Positions 8,920-17,279 are shown, counted from the stretch's first letter. The stretch is DNA of 32,551 nucleotides from a candidate division WOR-3 bacterium (GCA_965649265.1 CBFGKC010000002.1:207019-239569), one strand, 5' to 3'. Numbers and translations are program-made. Notes: generated by a model from the sequence alone, not told the origin.

Positions 8920-9105
8920 CCCTCCTCAGAACCTTCCTCTCCTCATCCCTCCTCAGAAGATCTTTTCATCTCTTTTTGAGTCTTAGGTTACGTCGAACGA
9001 AGTTCGACATGCGACATTCGATGTCGCCGCCCTCCTTGACCTCCAATTGTCTTTGCGAGCGTCGCTGCGAGCGACCTCAACCGCCTCCGGCGGTACGAAG
9101 CAATC
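8920..9105. repeat. REP-like palindrome cluster 3
   Basis: 12-bp direct repeat CCCTCCTCAGAA (8920 and 8947); hairpins GTCGAAC-GAA-GTTCGAC (8992-9008) and GCGACAT-TCG-ATGTCGC (9011-9027); 53-nt element at 9049-9101, an inverted copy of 6569-6621. Confidence 0.8.
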
Positions 9106-9146
9106 GCCTTAATCGGAGACAACTCGCATTTAACCATAACATAGCC

Positions 9147-9174
9147 TTGACAAAACAAGAAGATTTAATAATAT
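9147..9174 (+). promoter_or_regulatory. Promoter, probably leaderless, for the orphan membrane gene
   Basis: TTGACA-N16-TAATAT, then 6 nt to the ATG at 9181; no SD. Confidence 0.65.
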
Positions 9175-9180
9175 CATTTT

Positions 9181-10092
9181 ATGTTGCCGGATCGACATAT
9201 TTCTTTACAAAAGTTTGATGAGTTGTGTGCTCAAATTGAGAGTAGGAACATTGAAAATATCAAATCCATTTTGATAAGCATATTTGAGGAAGTCCGCGAG
9301 AAGAGGAATGGGATACTGATACTCTCTGAAGATGAAGAAGCACAAATCAAAACATCATTGTCACGTCTCGTTGAGGTTTCTATTAGACTAGACCAACTTG
9401 ATCCTCTTTTGAATATCTTAAGTAATGAAAGTGAATATGGTCGTAACTCAAGACTTATCAGAGAAATAAACCTATATGTGCTTGAAAGACTTTGGGATAA
9501 AGGTAAATCTGATGACATTAGGCAACGTATATTAAGTAGGGGAGTTCAATTAGAGGGTAGGTTTGATGCTGCTTCGGACATAGATATGCTTTTTAGATTA
9601 CGTGCCTTATATAAACAGATGGGTGAAAAAAATAGAGTAGGGGAAGTCGATATAATTATCAACACTAATCTTGCTGGAAGAGCTTTGCCTAAATTTGCCA
9701 ACTATTTAGCAACAGAATTGGAGACAAGAGCATCTCAAACAGAGGAAAAAATCCATGCTCAAGATAGTAGCGTTAAAGAATTGCAAAAGGATACAGAAGA
9801 ATTAAAAAAAGATAAAGTCCGCCTTATCGAAACCCTGGGCCTTTTTGCTGCAATCATCGCCTTTGTTGTTGCCGGAGTTGTTGGCCTGAAAGGCTTGAAT
9901 TCAGCGGCCATAGCCATTACCCTCACGGGTCTTACCGCCTGCCTCACCGTTCTGGTTATGCTCATCCATATCTTCACAAACAAAGATGACCGAAAATGGA
10001 AGATTGCAATTCTTATCGTCGCCCTATGCGTCCTGGTCTTATGGGTTCTCGCAACGGTAGCTTATCATATAGCCAAGTTGGTTTGGGGGTAA
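9181..10092 (+). CDS. Hypothetical membrane protein: helical N-domain, coiled coil, 3 C-terminal TM helices
   Basis: 303-aa ORF with its own promoter; AT-rich 5' two thirds; coiled coil ELETRASQTEEKI...LKKDK; hydrophobic C-terminal segments. Confidence 0.8.
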   Translation: MLPDRHISLQKFDELCAQIESRNIENIKSILISIFEEVREKRNGILILSEDEEAQIKTSLSRLVEVSIRLDQLDPLLNILSNESEYGRNSRLIREINLYVLERLWDKGKSDDIRQRILSRGVQLEGRFDAASDIDMLFRLRALYKQMGEKNRVGEVDIIINTNLAGRALPKFANYLATELETRASQTEEKIHAQDSSVKELQKDTEELKKDKVRLIETLGLFAAIIAFVVAGVVGLKGLNSAAIAITLTGLTACLTVLVMLIHIFTNKDDRKWKIAILIVALCVLVLWVLATVAYHIAKLVWG

Positions 10093-10099
10093 GCGGAGC

Positions 10100-10492
10100 A
10101 TTCCCTTCGGGAATAGATTGCTTCGCTCACCGAGTTCGCTCGCAACGACAATCACATCCATCTCCCCTCTTCATAAGGGGGGCCGTAGTACTCCCTCACC
10201 TGGCGCTTCGCGCCCCCTCTCCCGAAGGGAGAGGTACATTATTTACCCTCCCCCTTCGGGGGAGGGATTGAGGGTGAGGGAAATTCTTCCATATTTTTAC
10301 ATTTCTACCCCAAAATCCGCTTCGTATCCTTGCGGGGTCCCCAAAGGAGTGCCTCTGGCAATCCTTTGGGGTGTTATTTTGTCCATCTTCTGTCCATCTT
10401 TTGTCCCACTTAGTTATCCACATTTTTGACGCGACGCGTTAAACCTGGTGCGACCCGGGACCCCCACAAAAAAACAAAGTGTTTTTGTGGGG
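10100..10492. repeat. REP-like palindrome cluster 4
   Basis: ATTCCC-TTC-GGGAAT (10100-10114); GATTGCTTCG...CGCTCGCAACGAC (10116-10149); hairpins at 10164-10182, 10202-10214, 10216-10234, 10246-10266, 10339-10371 and 10462-10492. Confidence 0.8.
10414..10422 (+). promoter_or_regulatory. Consensus DnaA box (TTATCCACA), preceded by three phased degenerate repeats
   Basis: Exact consensus; TGTCCATCTT at 10380 and 10391, TGTCCCACTT at 10402. Function not shown. Confidence 0.4.
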
Positions 10493-10499
10493 TATCTAG

Positions 10500-10527
10500 T
10501 TGACAAATTCCTAATCTCCTGTATTAT
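10500..10527 (+). promoter_or_regulatory. Promoter for the HAD gene, near-leaderless
   Basis: TTGACA-N16-TATTAT, then 9 nt to the ATG at 10537. Confidence 0.7.
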
Positions 10528-10536
10528 TGAGACTTA

Positions 10537-11220
10537 ATGAGGACGATACTTTTCGATATCGACGGAACCCTTCTGCGGGCTGGGTTTATAGTGAAAGAAG
10601 TGATGAGCCTGGCGTTAAGGGACGTGTACGGCACGAGCGGAAAACTCATGGATGTGTCATTTATAGGTTCGACCGACATCGGCGTCGTGCGCGCGCTCAT
10701 GACCGAGCAGGGGTTCTGTCTGGAGGAGATTGATCAGAGATTCGGCAAACTGTTCGAGGTTTACGGCGAGATTCTTGTGGATAAGTTACGCACCTGGGAA
10801 AAATTTCAACTCTGCCCCGGCGTGCCCGCGATACTTGACGCGCTCGAGTCGAGGAACGCGCTGCTCGGGCTCGTGACCGGCAACTGCCAGCAGGGTGCGT
10901 TCGCAAAGCTTGAAAAGGCTGGACTTACAGATTATTTCAGCTTCGGCGCGTTCGGCGACGAATCCGACAACCGCTCGGAGCTCTGCGCGTATGCCCATGC
11001 AAGGGCCGAGGTGGAAGCAGATAAGTCCATATCAAAGGATGACTTAATACTTGTAGGCGATTCGCCCAACGATATCAAGGCGGCACAAGAATATGGCATC
11101 CGCGTGCTCGCAGTGGCCTCGGGCTGGATTGAGGCAAGCGAGTTGGAGGCGCTGACCCCGACCTGGCTGCGTCCCGATCTTTCGAATACAGGCGAGATAG
11201 CAAATCTGTTATTATCCTGA
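10537..11220 (+). CDS. HAD-family hydrolase (phosphoglycolate phosphatase-like)
   Basis: Motif I FDIDGT, motif II VTGN, FGAFGD, motif IV VGDSPND. Confidence 0.92.
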   Translation: MRTILFDIDGTLLRAGFIVKEVMSLALRDVYGTSGKLMDVSFIGSTDIGVVRALMTEQGFCLEEIDQRFGKLFEVYGEILVDKLRTWEKFQLCPGVPAILDALESRNALLGLVTGNCQQGAFAKLEKAGLTDYFSFGAFGDESDNRSELCAYAHARAEVEADKSISKDDLILVGDSPNDIKAAQEYGIRVLAVASGWIEASELEALTPTWLRPDLSNTGEIANLLLS

Positions 11221-11844
11221 CCTTCTCAGTTTGAAAATCATGGAAAGAGAGAAGTAGTATGTGAGCGGCGTGTGAGTGAGGGTGAGCGGAACGAATCTTC
11301 CAGGAATAAGTGTTTGAAATAGAGCGACTTCGATTTTGAAGTAGGGTGAGAGAAGCTTTGAGATTTCGGGAGGTGTGAACTTGTGCAGGTGCAGGTTCCT
11401 GAATCTGAGCCACCCGGCGAACGCAGTGTCGCCCCGCAGCCGCTCGCAAGGCACCACGATTACGGCACATGCGGAAGGTTTGAGCACGCGCGCCATCTCC
11501 GCGACCACCTTTTGAGGGTTATCTAGGTGTTCGAGAAGGTGCACAGAGAGTACCTTGTCAAAAAAGGAGTCCGAAAAAGGAAGGTTAGACGCATCTGCCT
11601 CGATTAACTCGACGGGTGAATGTGACACCTTGCCCGCCTCGATTGCGTCGTGGTCGGCGTCTACACCGTATAACTTGACGCCTATTTTCGAGTAACGCTC
11701 AATGCGGTATCCGGACGAGCAGCCGACCTCGAGAAGCCTCTCCCCGGGTTGCGGTGAGAGCAGATGGTGTACCGTTCGCGCCTCTGCCACGCCCCAGGGC
11801 ATGAGTTCGACGCCGAGCCTTCGACGAAGACGGTGGACGCTCAT
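11212..11844 (-). CDS. Class I SAM-dependent methyltransferase (Methyltransf_11-like)
   Basis: LLEVGCSSG, GVD, ADASNLPFSDSFFD, LEHL, EMARVLKP. Confidence 0.9.
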   Translation of the reverse strand: MSVHRLRRRLGVELMPWGVAEARTVHHLLSPQPGERLLEVGCSSGYRIERYSKIGVKLYGVDADHDAIEAGKVSHSPVELIEADASNLPFSDSFFDKVLSVHLLEHLDNPQKVVAEMARVLKPSACAVIVVPCERLRGDTAFAGWLRFRNLHLHKFTPPEISKLLSPYFKIEVALFQTLIPGRFVPLTLTHTPLTYYFSLSMIFKLRRSG

Positions 11845-11849
11845 ATTCG

Positions 11850-11877
11850 ATTCTACCGGATTCGGAAAGGATGTAAA
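11850..11877 (-). promoter_or_regulatory. Promoter, probably leaderless, for the methyltransferase
   Basis: TTTACA-N16-TAGAAT, then 5 nt to the ATG at 11844. Confidence 0.65.
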
Positions 11878-11886
11878 TGCCCGGCG

Positions 11887-11914
11887 TTGACACGGAGGGA
11901 TTGACGGGTAAAGT
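11887..11914 (+). promoter_or_regulatory. Promoter for the C10 peptidase gene(s)
   Basis: TTGACA-N16-TAAAGT; SD AAGGAGGA at 11933-11940. Confidence 0.55.
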
Positions 11915-11947
11915 CATCATTGAATTTGGTTTAAGGAGGAATGCACT

Positions 11948-13444
11948 ATGGTATGTTTCAAGTCGGGATTTGCTTTGCTTGCGATTTTCTCCCTGGTGCC
12001 GACTCTTGCCGGAGCCTCGGAGATTGATGCAGCCGACGCGCTGCCGGTCGCGGCCGTTCAGGCGCAGATAATGAACACGCGCTCGGGATACAGACAAGCA
12101 TACACCCTTCAGAAATCCGACCCGCAGCCAATCGAAACGGGCGGCCGAACCCTTGCTTACGTTTTCGAACTGGAACCCGAGGGGTTCGTCGTCGTGACCA
12201 CGGATACGAGGCTCTCCCCCGTTATTGCGTACTCCGAATACGGCTCGTTCGCAATGGCGCATGAGAATCCGCTGCTCGATGTATTGAAGGGCGATATCTC
12301 AAGAAGGATTGGAGCCCTGGAACTCGGCTTGGTTCCGCAGGAGAGGATTGAGGCATACCGGAGTAAGTGGGCCAGCTACATGTCAGGTGACGTGTCGGCT
12401 CTGGCCGCAGGCGAGAGCTGGCCGCCTGCCGGACAGACCTCGAGCGGCGGCTGGATTGAGTCGGCGTGGACGCAAGGCTCTCCTTTTAACGACTCCTGCC
12501 CGATGGACCCTGTGACCGAAGCAAGGTGTCTTGCAGGCTGCCCCGCCGTGACCATGGGTCAGATAATCAACTTCTGGCAGTACCCGGATTCGGTGATATT
12601 CACGAATGAGGACAGCTACACGAGTGTCTATGACGGACGGACGATCCCTATAGACGCGCCCGCCGCATCCATCCCTTTCATCGACTATAGTAATGGAGAT
12701 CCGTCCGGCGGCGTTTGCGCCGATATCGCCTACGCCTGCGGGGTCTCTACCCAGTCGGTCTATACGAGCAAGGTTTCCGGGGTCTTCACCAACAGCTGGT
12801 GCGCGCACGGGCTCACCGAGCATTTCGCATTCTCGTCTGCAGAATTCCGAGAGGGCGACGGCGGCGATTTCTACGAGGTTCTGGAGCAAAACATGAAGGA
12901 TTCCATGCCTGCCATAATCGTGATAGTCGGCGACATCGGCGGGCATACCCTTGTCTGCGACGGTTTCAGGGAGGGGGAGGAGAGCGGTGACCCCGAATGG
13001 CACCTGAACTTCGGATGGGGTCTTTATCAACCCAGGGCTTTGTCCATGTGCTGGTACGTGATTCCGGACAGCCTGCCCATGGGTCTTACCACCCTTGTCG
13101 AGGCAGTGGTAAACATCGAAGCCCCGCGCAGACCCCAGCCTGTAAGCGCTGGTGAGAAGGAGCCGATAACGCTCGCCAGCCTGCGATGCGAACCCCTCGT
13201 TTCCAGGAACTCCTCAGTGATCGGTTATTCTTTGCCACAGGACGGAATTGTCGAGATAGGGATATGGGACGCATCGGGCAGCAAGGTTCGCTCGCTCGTT
13301 AATGAGTTCAGGACTGAAGGAAGTCATTGCATCTCGTGGAACGGAGAGGACGAGAAAGGCCGCGCGCTTCCTGCCGGGGTATACTTCGTGAGATTGGCAG
13401 GCCCGGGCCCGTCATTGACATCAAAGCTCATTCTCGTGCGCTGA
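11948..13444 (+). CDS. C10-family (streptopain-like) cysteine peptidase with I69-like propeptide and T9SS/FlgD-Ig C-terminal domain
   Basis: Signal peptide; GFVVVTTDTRLSPVIAYS propeptide; WTQGSPFN; catalytic Cys in AGCPAV and His in GGHTLVCDG; WHLNFGWG; C-terminal WNGEDEKGRALPAGVYFVRL...KLILVR. Confidence 0.92.
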   Translation: MVCFKSGFALLAIFSLVPTLAGASEIDAADALPVAAVQAQIMNTRSGYRQAYTLQKSDPQPIETGGRTLAYVFELEPEGFVVVTTDTRLSPVIAYSEYGSFAMAHENPLLDVLKGDISRRIGALELGLVPQERIEAYRSKWASYMSGDVSALAAGESWPPAGQTSSGGWIESAWTQGSPFNDSCPMDPVTEARCLAGCPAVTMGQIINFWQYPDSVIFTNEDSYTSVYDGRTIPIDAPAASIPFIDYSNGDPSGGVCADIAYACGVSTQSVYTSKVSGVFTNSWCAHGLTEHFAFSSAEFREGDGGDFYEVLEQNMKDSMPAIIVIVGDIGGHTLVCDGFREGEESGDPEWHLNFGWGLYQPRALSMCWYVIPDSLPMGLTTLVEAVVNIEAPRRPQPVSAGEKEPITLASLRCEPLVSRNSSVIGYSLPQDGIVEIGIWDASGSKVRSLVNEFRTEGSHCISWNGEDEKGRALPAGVYFVRLAGPGPSLTSKLILVR

Positions 13445-13519
13445 AGAATGCCCCCCTCCTCCTGCGGAACGAAGCATGAACCAAGGACGAGTGAGCCAGG
13501 TTTTTAGAGAAGTTAAGAT

Positions 13520-15013
13520 ATGAAATCTCTCTCGAATTACAAGGGACTTCTCCTCCCGGTTCTTTTGCTTGCATGTTCGATTGTTGAAGCGGAAAGGATT
13601 GATTTACCGACGGCCGCAAAAGTCGCCTCGAGCCAGGCATTCGTCATGCAAAAAAGGATGGAGACATGTAGTAACCATTCCTGCATTTACTCCTTTTCGG
13701 AAAGCGAGGGAAGGCCGTTGTGCGGCGAGGGAACGACGGACACGCTCGCGTACGTGTTCGCGCTAGAACCAGGCGGTTTCGTTGTGGTTACTGCCGATAA
13801 CGACCTGGTGCCCGTGATAGCGTATGCGGAGCAGGGTTCCTTTCCGTGGGACGAGAACCCGGAGAACGTTCTCCTGCATATGCTGCGAAAAGACTTGAGC
13901 CTGCGGCTCGAGGCGATAACGTTACTTCCGACGGATAGGATCGAGGAATATCACAGGGAGTGGGAGGATCTTATGTCGGGCGATCCTTTGTACCTCGACC
14001 CGGGAGAGAGCTGGCCACCTGCGGGTTCAACATCGACGGGCGGCTGGGTCCAGACCGCGTGGCATCAGGACTCGCCTTACAACGACAGGTGCCCTATTGA
14101 CCCTGAAACGGGTGAAAGATGCGTGGTCGGATGCGTTGCAACCGCCATGGCGCAAATAGTCAATTACTGGCAGTATCCTGAATCGGTCACGTTCACCGAG
14201 GCCGATAACTATGTTGGAAATAGAAAGGGAATAGAAATTTACGCTCCAGACGCAAGTATTGAATACGTCGACTATAATGGAGGAAACCCTTCAGACAGCA
14301 TGTGCGCAGCCATATCGTATGCATGCGGCGTAGGTTCAAAAATGGATTATTCCAGTACTGCCTCAGGTGCTTCTCTCACAAATACGTCTATTTCTTTCTT
14401 AAGACATTTTAATTATGTGAATTCCATTTTCGTCTATGCCCTGGATGATTATACAGGAGATACTTTGCAATTCTATAGAACCCTCGAAGATAATATTAAG
14501 GACTCTTTACCGGTGATGCTCGGTATCGGAGGGCACGCAATTGTATGTGACGGCTTTCGTGAAACCCTTGATGATAACGAATGGCATCTGAATTACGGCT
14601 GGGGCTATAGTTCTTCAACTTGTTGGTACAAGCTCCCCGATGGAATGCCGTATGGTTACACGAACGTATACTACGGAATATTAAATATATACCCGCCAAC
14701 ACGCTATCTGAAAGAACCTGTTCCAGATACGGAAAAAGTCCGGATATTGTCCTTTCCATCCAATCCTTTTGTCAATTCCACTGATATCGTTTACACATTA
14801 CCTGAAGATGGAATTGTTGAGATAAGAATATACGACTTAACGGGAAGATGCGTCTTCATTCAGTACAAAACACATCTTCACTCTGGCATCTACGGCGTCC
14901 ATTGGTCTGGGAAGGACCAGAAAGGGAACATTCTCCCTTCAGGGAATTATATCGTATATATCAAATGCAACGATTTTACTGATTCAAGGAAAATAACCCT
15001 CATTCGCCAGTAA
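13520..15013 (+). CDS. Second C10-family cysteine peptidase with T9SS/FlgD-Ig C-terminal domain
   Basis: WHQDSPYN, VGCVATAMAQ, GGHAIVCDG, WHLNYGWG; C-terminal WSGKDQKGNILPSGNYIV...KITLIR. Confidence 0.92.
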   Translation: MKSLSNYKGLLLPVLLLACSIVEAERIDLPTAAKVASSQAFVMQKRMETCSNHSCIYSFSESEGRPLCGEGTTDTLAYVFALEPGGFVVVTADNDLVPVIAYAEQGSFPWDENPENVLLHMLRKDLSLRLEAITLLPTDRIEEYHREWEDLMSGDPLYLDPGESWPPAGSTSTGGWVQTAWHQDSPYNDRCPIDPETGERCVVGCVATAMAQIVNYWQYPESVTFTEADNYVGNRKGIEIYAPDASIEYVDYNGGNPSDSMCAAISYACGVGSKMDYSSTASGASLTNTSISFLRHFNYVNSIFVYALDDYTGDTLQFYRTLEDNIKDSLPVMLGIGGHAIVCDGFRETLDDNEWHLNYGWGYSSSTCWYKLPDGMPYGYTNVYYGILNIYPPTRYLKEPVPDTEKVRILSFPSNPFVNSTDIVYTLPEDGIVEIRIYDLTGRCVFIQYKTHLHSGIYGVHWSGKDQKGNILPSGNYIVYIKCNDFTDSRKITLIRQ

Positions 15014-15023
15014 TCTTCCAAGA

Positions 15024-15389
15024 TCAATCCTTCAACCAGCCGAGCGCCTCGTCGCTGGTTTTGAAGAAGCGGTATTCGGATTCGGTGTGAATAGCCCTCA
15101 CGTAAAGGCTGATGAGATTGGCGAGTGCCTTTGATAGTCCGACGATGGCATACTTGATTTTGCCGCGGCTCTCGACGTTCTTGAGCCTGTCCTTGAGCGC
15201 CTGGCGTGCCGACGGGTCAATTCTTCCGGCGGCGGAAAAATCCACGAGGTAGCGGATATCCTTGATATCGTTCTCGCGGAGCAGTCTGTCGGACTCGGCG
15301 GATGCGTACTCGACGTCCTTCCCCATCTGATCTCCGACAACGATTATATGTAGAATTCCGCTCTCAAGCAGCTCAACCTTATCTGACAT
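15024..15389 (-). CDS. STAS/SEC14 (SpoIIAA-like) domain protein
   Basis: ATG at 15389 preceded by AGGAGGAG; YLVDFS, KYAIVG, RFFKTSDEALGWL. Confidence 0.8.
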   Translation of the reverse strand: MSDKVELLESGILHIIVVGDQMGKDVEYASAESDRLLRENDIKDIRYLVDFSAAGRIDPSARQALKDRLKNVESRGKIKYAIVGLSKALANLISLYVRAIHTESEYRFFKTSDEALGWLKD

Positions 15390-15431
15390 TCCATCGCTCC
15401 TCTTTTCAAAACACCTTTGCGACAACCGATC

Positions 15432-17057
15432 CTACTGGATCACAACGAGCTCAACCCTGCGGTTCTGGGCCCTCCCCCCCTCTGTATCGTTTGTCGCGAT
15501 TGGCACGCTCGAACCGTATCCTTTTGCCTCAAACCGCCAGGCCGATATACCGTGAACCCTTATGATATAGTCGCGGACTGCCTCAGCCCTGCGCTGTGAA
15601 AGCGCCAGGTTCCCGGCGTAGGAGCCCTGGGAGTCGGTGTGTCCTTGCACCTCAATTCGGATATTGGGATTGCCTGAAACAAGACGAACCGCATCGTCTA
15701 TCGCCGGGTAGGAGGAGGGGTCTATCACAGCGCTGCCCGATGAGAAGCGAATCCCTGAAACCCTTATGTGGGCGTCCGACCGGAGCAGGGGAAGGTTTAT
15801 GGCCATGGGTATTCCCTCACTGAGAATAACCTTATCCCTTTGGGATACGTATCCAGGCATTGTCACCACCACATCGTAGTTCCCGGGAGGAAGGACGAAT
15901 CTGGCTTCACCGGACTCGGATGTCGAAAGGGTAATCCCGGCCACGCTGACCGAGGCACCCGGAATTGCCTTGCCCGTCTGGCTGTCCAGGGTACGGACGT
16001 CAAGATAACCGCCGGTTCTGTCAGGTTCGAGCCTTACCTCGAGCGAATTAAGCCTGTGGGGTTTGAAGTTCAGAACGAAGGTCTGGGGCATATACCCCTG
16101 CGCCTTGACTATCACCTGATACCTTCCGCTCTGGACCTCGATTGTCCGCTCGCCGTTCTGACCCAGAACGAAAACTCCGGGATAGTGATTGGCAATGTTG
16201 ACCTCGGCCGCTATGGGTTCGCCTGTACCTGCATCGAACGCCTTGACGAAAAGCTGGGCCGGGCGCCGCGCCACCGTCGAAATTTTTTCAGAAGGGGTGT
16301 ACGCAACTCCGAAGGAAATCTGGTTGACGTAGGGATTGCCCTCATTGTCGAGGGTTCGCGCGTCAAGATTAAGACCGAAGTCGGCGGAGTAAAAGAAACT
16401 CACACCCGGGTTTGTAAGTATCCTTAATCCCGGCGTGAATCTGATAGGGAAGGAATCGTCGTAGATCTCGGCGGTAAGCTCAAGGTAGGGATTGAGATAT
16501 TCGTAATGTACCTCTGTTCCGGCACCGAGCGTGACCCCGGCCTCATTCCTCACAATGCCGCCTAGATTCACGTGGGTCGTAAAGATGCCCATCTCCGAAG
16601 TTCCAAGAAATCTCAGCGCCCCGCCGAATCTTGCCGGGCCGAAGTATGCCGCATGAGTCGGAAGGAATATCCTAGAATCGACACCTACCGTCCAGAATTC
16701 GAGCGGCCAGGTGTATTTTGCGCCGAGTTCGACGTCCCACGGTCCGAACTGGGTAGCGGAGAGACCGGTGTAAGTATAGGCCAATCCAGCGGCACCGGAA
16801 ACCTCGAGCTGCTCGAACGGAACCCATGAGCCGAAAACGCGAAGTATGGAGTTCTTCCAGGTTTGAAAATTGAGGTCGTTCATGTGCTCGGCGCCGTGAT
16901 CGATCCCGGCGAACGAGACGCCTGCCGTCCAATTGTAAAGCCCGTCATTGCGGGCATCTATAATTCTACCCAGTCCCTTTCCACCCGAAACTATGGGAGC
17001 GGCGTTAACGAATGCTACTACCGCTGATATCGTCAGTACCAATGCAAGACGCTTCAC
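15432..17057 (-). CDS. OmpA-family protein: N-terminal barrel-like region, two carboxypeptidase-regulatory/PEGA-like domains, OmpA C-domain
   Basis: GTG start with AGGAGG SD and signal peptide; DAGTGEPI and DSQTGKAIPGASV repeats; IEVQGHTDSQG, NLALSQRRAEAV, NRRVE. Confidence 0.9.
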   Translation of the reverse strand: MKRLALVLTISAVVAFVNAAPIVSGGKGLGRIIDARNDGLYNWTAGVSFAGIDHGAEHMNDLNFQTWKNSILRVFGSWVPFEQLEVSGAAGLAYTYTGLSATQFGPWDVELGAKYTWPLEFWTVGVDSRIFLPTHAAYFGPARFGGALRFLGTSEMGIFTTHVNLGGIVRNEAGVTLGAGTEVHYEYLNPYLELTAEIYDDSFPIRFTPGLRILTNPGVSFFYSADFGLNLDARTLDNEGNPYVNQISFGVAYTPSEKISTVARRPAQLFVKAFDAGTGEPIAAEVNIANHYPGVFVLGQNGERTIEVQSGRYQVIVKAQGYMPQTFVLNFKPHRLNSLEVRLEPDRTGGYLDVRTLDSQTGKAIPGASVSVAGITLSTSESGEARFVLPPGNYDVVVTMPGYVSQRDKVILSEGIPMAINLPLLRSDAHIRVSGIRFSSGSAVIDPSSYPAIDDAVRLVSGNPNIRIEVQGHTDSQGSYAGNLALSQRRAEAVRDYIIRVHGISAWRFEAKGYGSSVPIATNDTEGGRAQNRRVELVVIQ

Positions 17058-17125
17058 AAGAGCCTCCTTATAATTATTGGACCCGTCTCAGAAAATCCAC
17101 GAGGCCGCTCTCCTCCTTATATATT

Positions 17126-17153
17126 ATATTAAGGAAGATATTAGACAAGTCAA
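17126..17153 (-). promoter_or_regulatory. Promoter for the OmpA gene
   Basis: TTGACT-N16-TAATAT on the minus strand. Confidence 0.55.
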
Positions 17154-17206
17154 GGGGGTAACTCCCTAATTGACCTTGAGTTGTGTTTCCATCGATCACG
17201 CTTATC

Positions 17207-17234
17207 TTGACAAGATCAAGCAAAAGGTTATTAT
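17207..17234 (+). promoter_or_regulatory. Promoter for the tandem lipoprotein genes
   Basis: TTGACA-N16-TATTAT; palindrome ATCTTG-A-CAAGAT (17204-17216) over the -35; SD GGAGGA before 17280. Confidence 0.65.
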
Positions 17235-17279
17235 ATACGAGGAAAGCCCGGGTTTCCGGGGGAAATTTGGAGGATAGAG

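Noticed and set aside
5040-10500. Integron attC sites or a CRISPR array
   Set aside because: No RYYYAAC...GTTRRRY-bounded sites after the genes, no regularly spaced identical repeats, no integrase or cas genes.
17241-17265. Alternative hairpins GGAAA/TTTCC/GGAAA in the lipoprotein leader as an RNA switch
   Set aside because: Stems are only about 5-7 bp and neither covers the SD; insufficient support.
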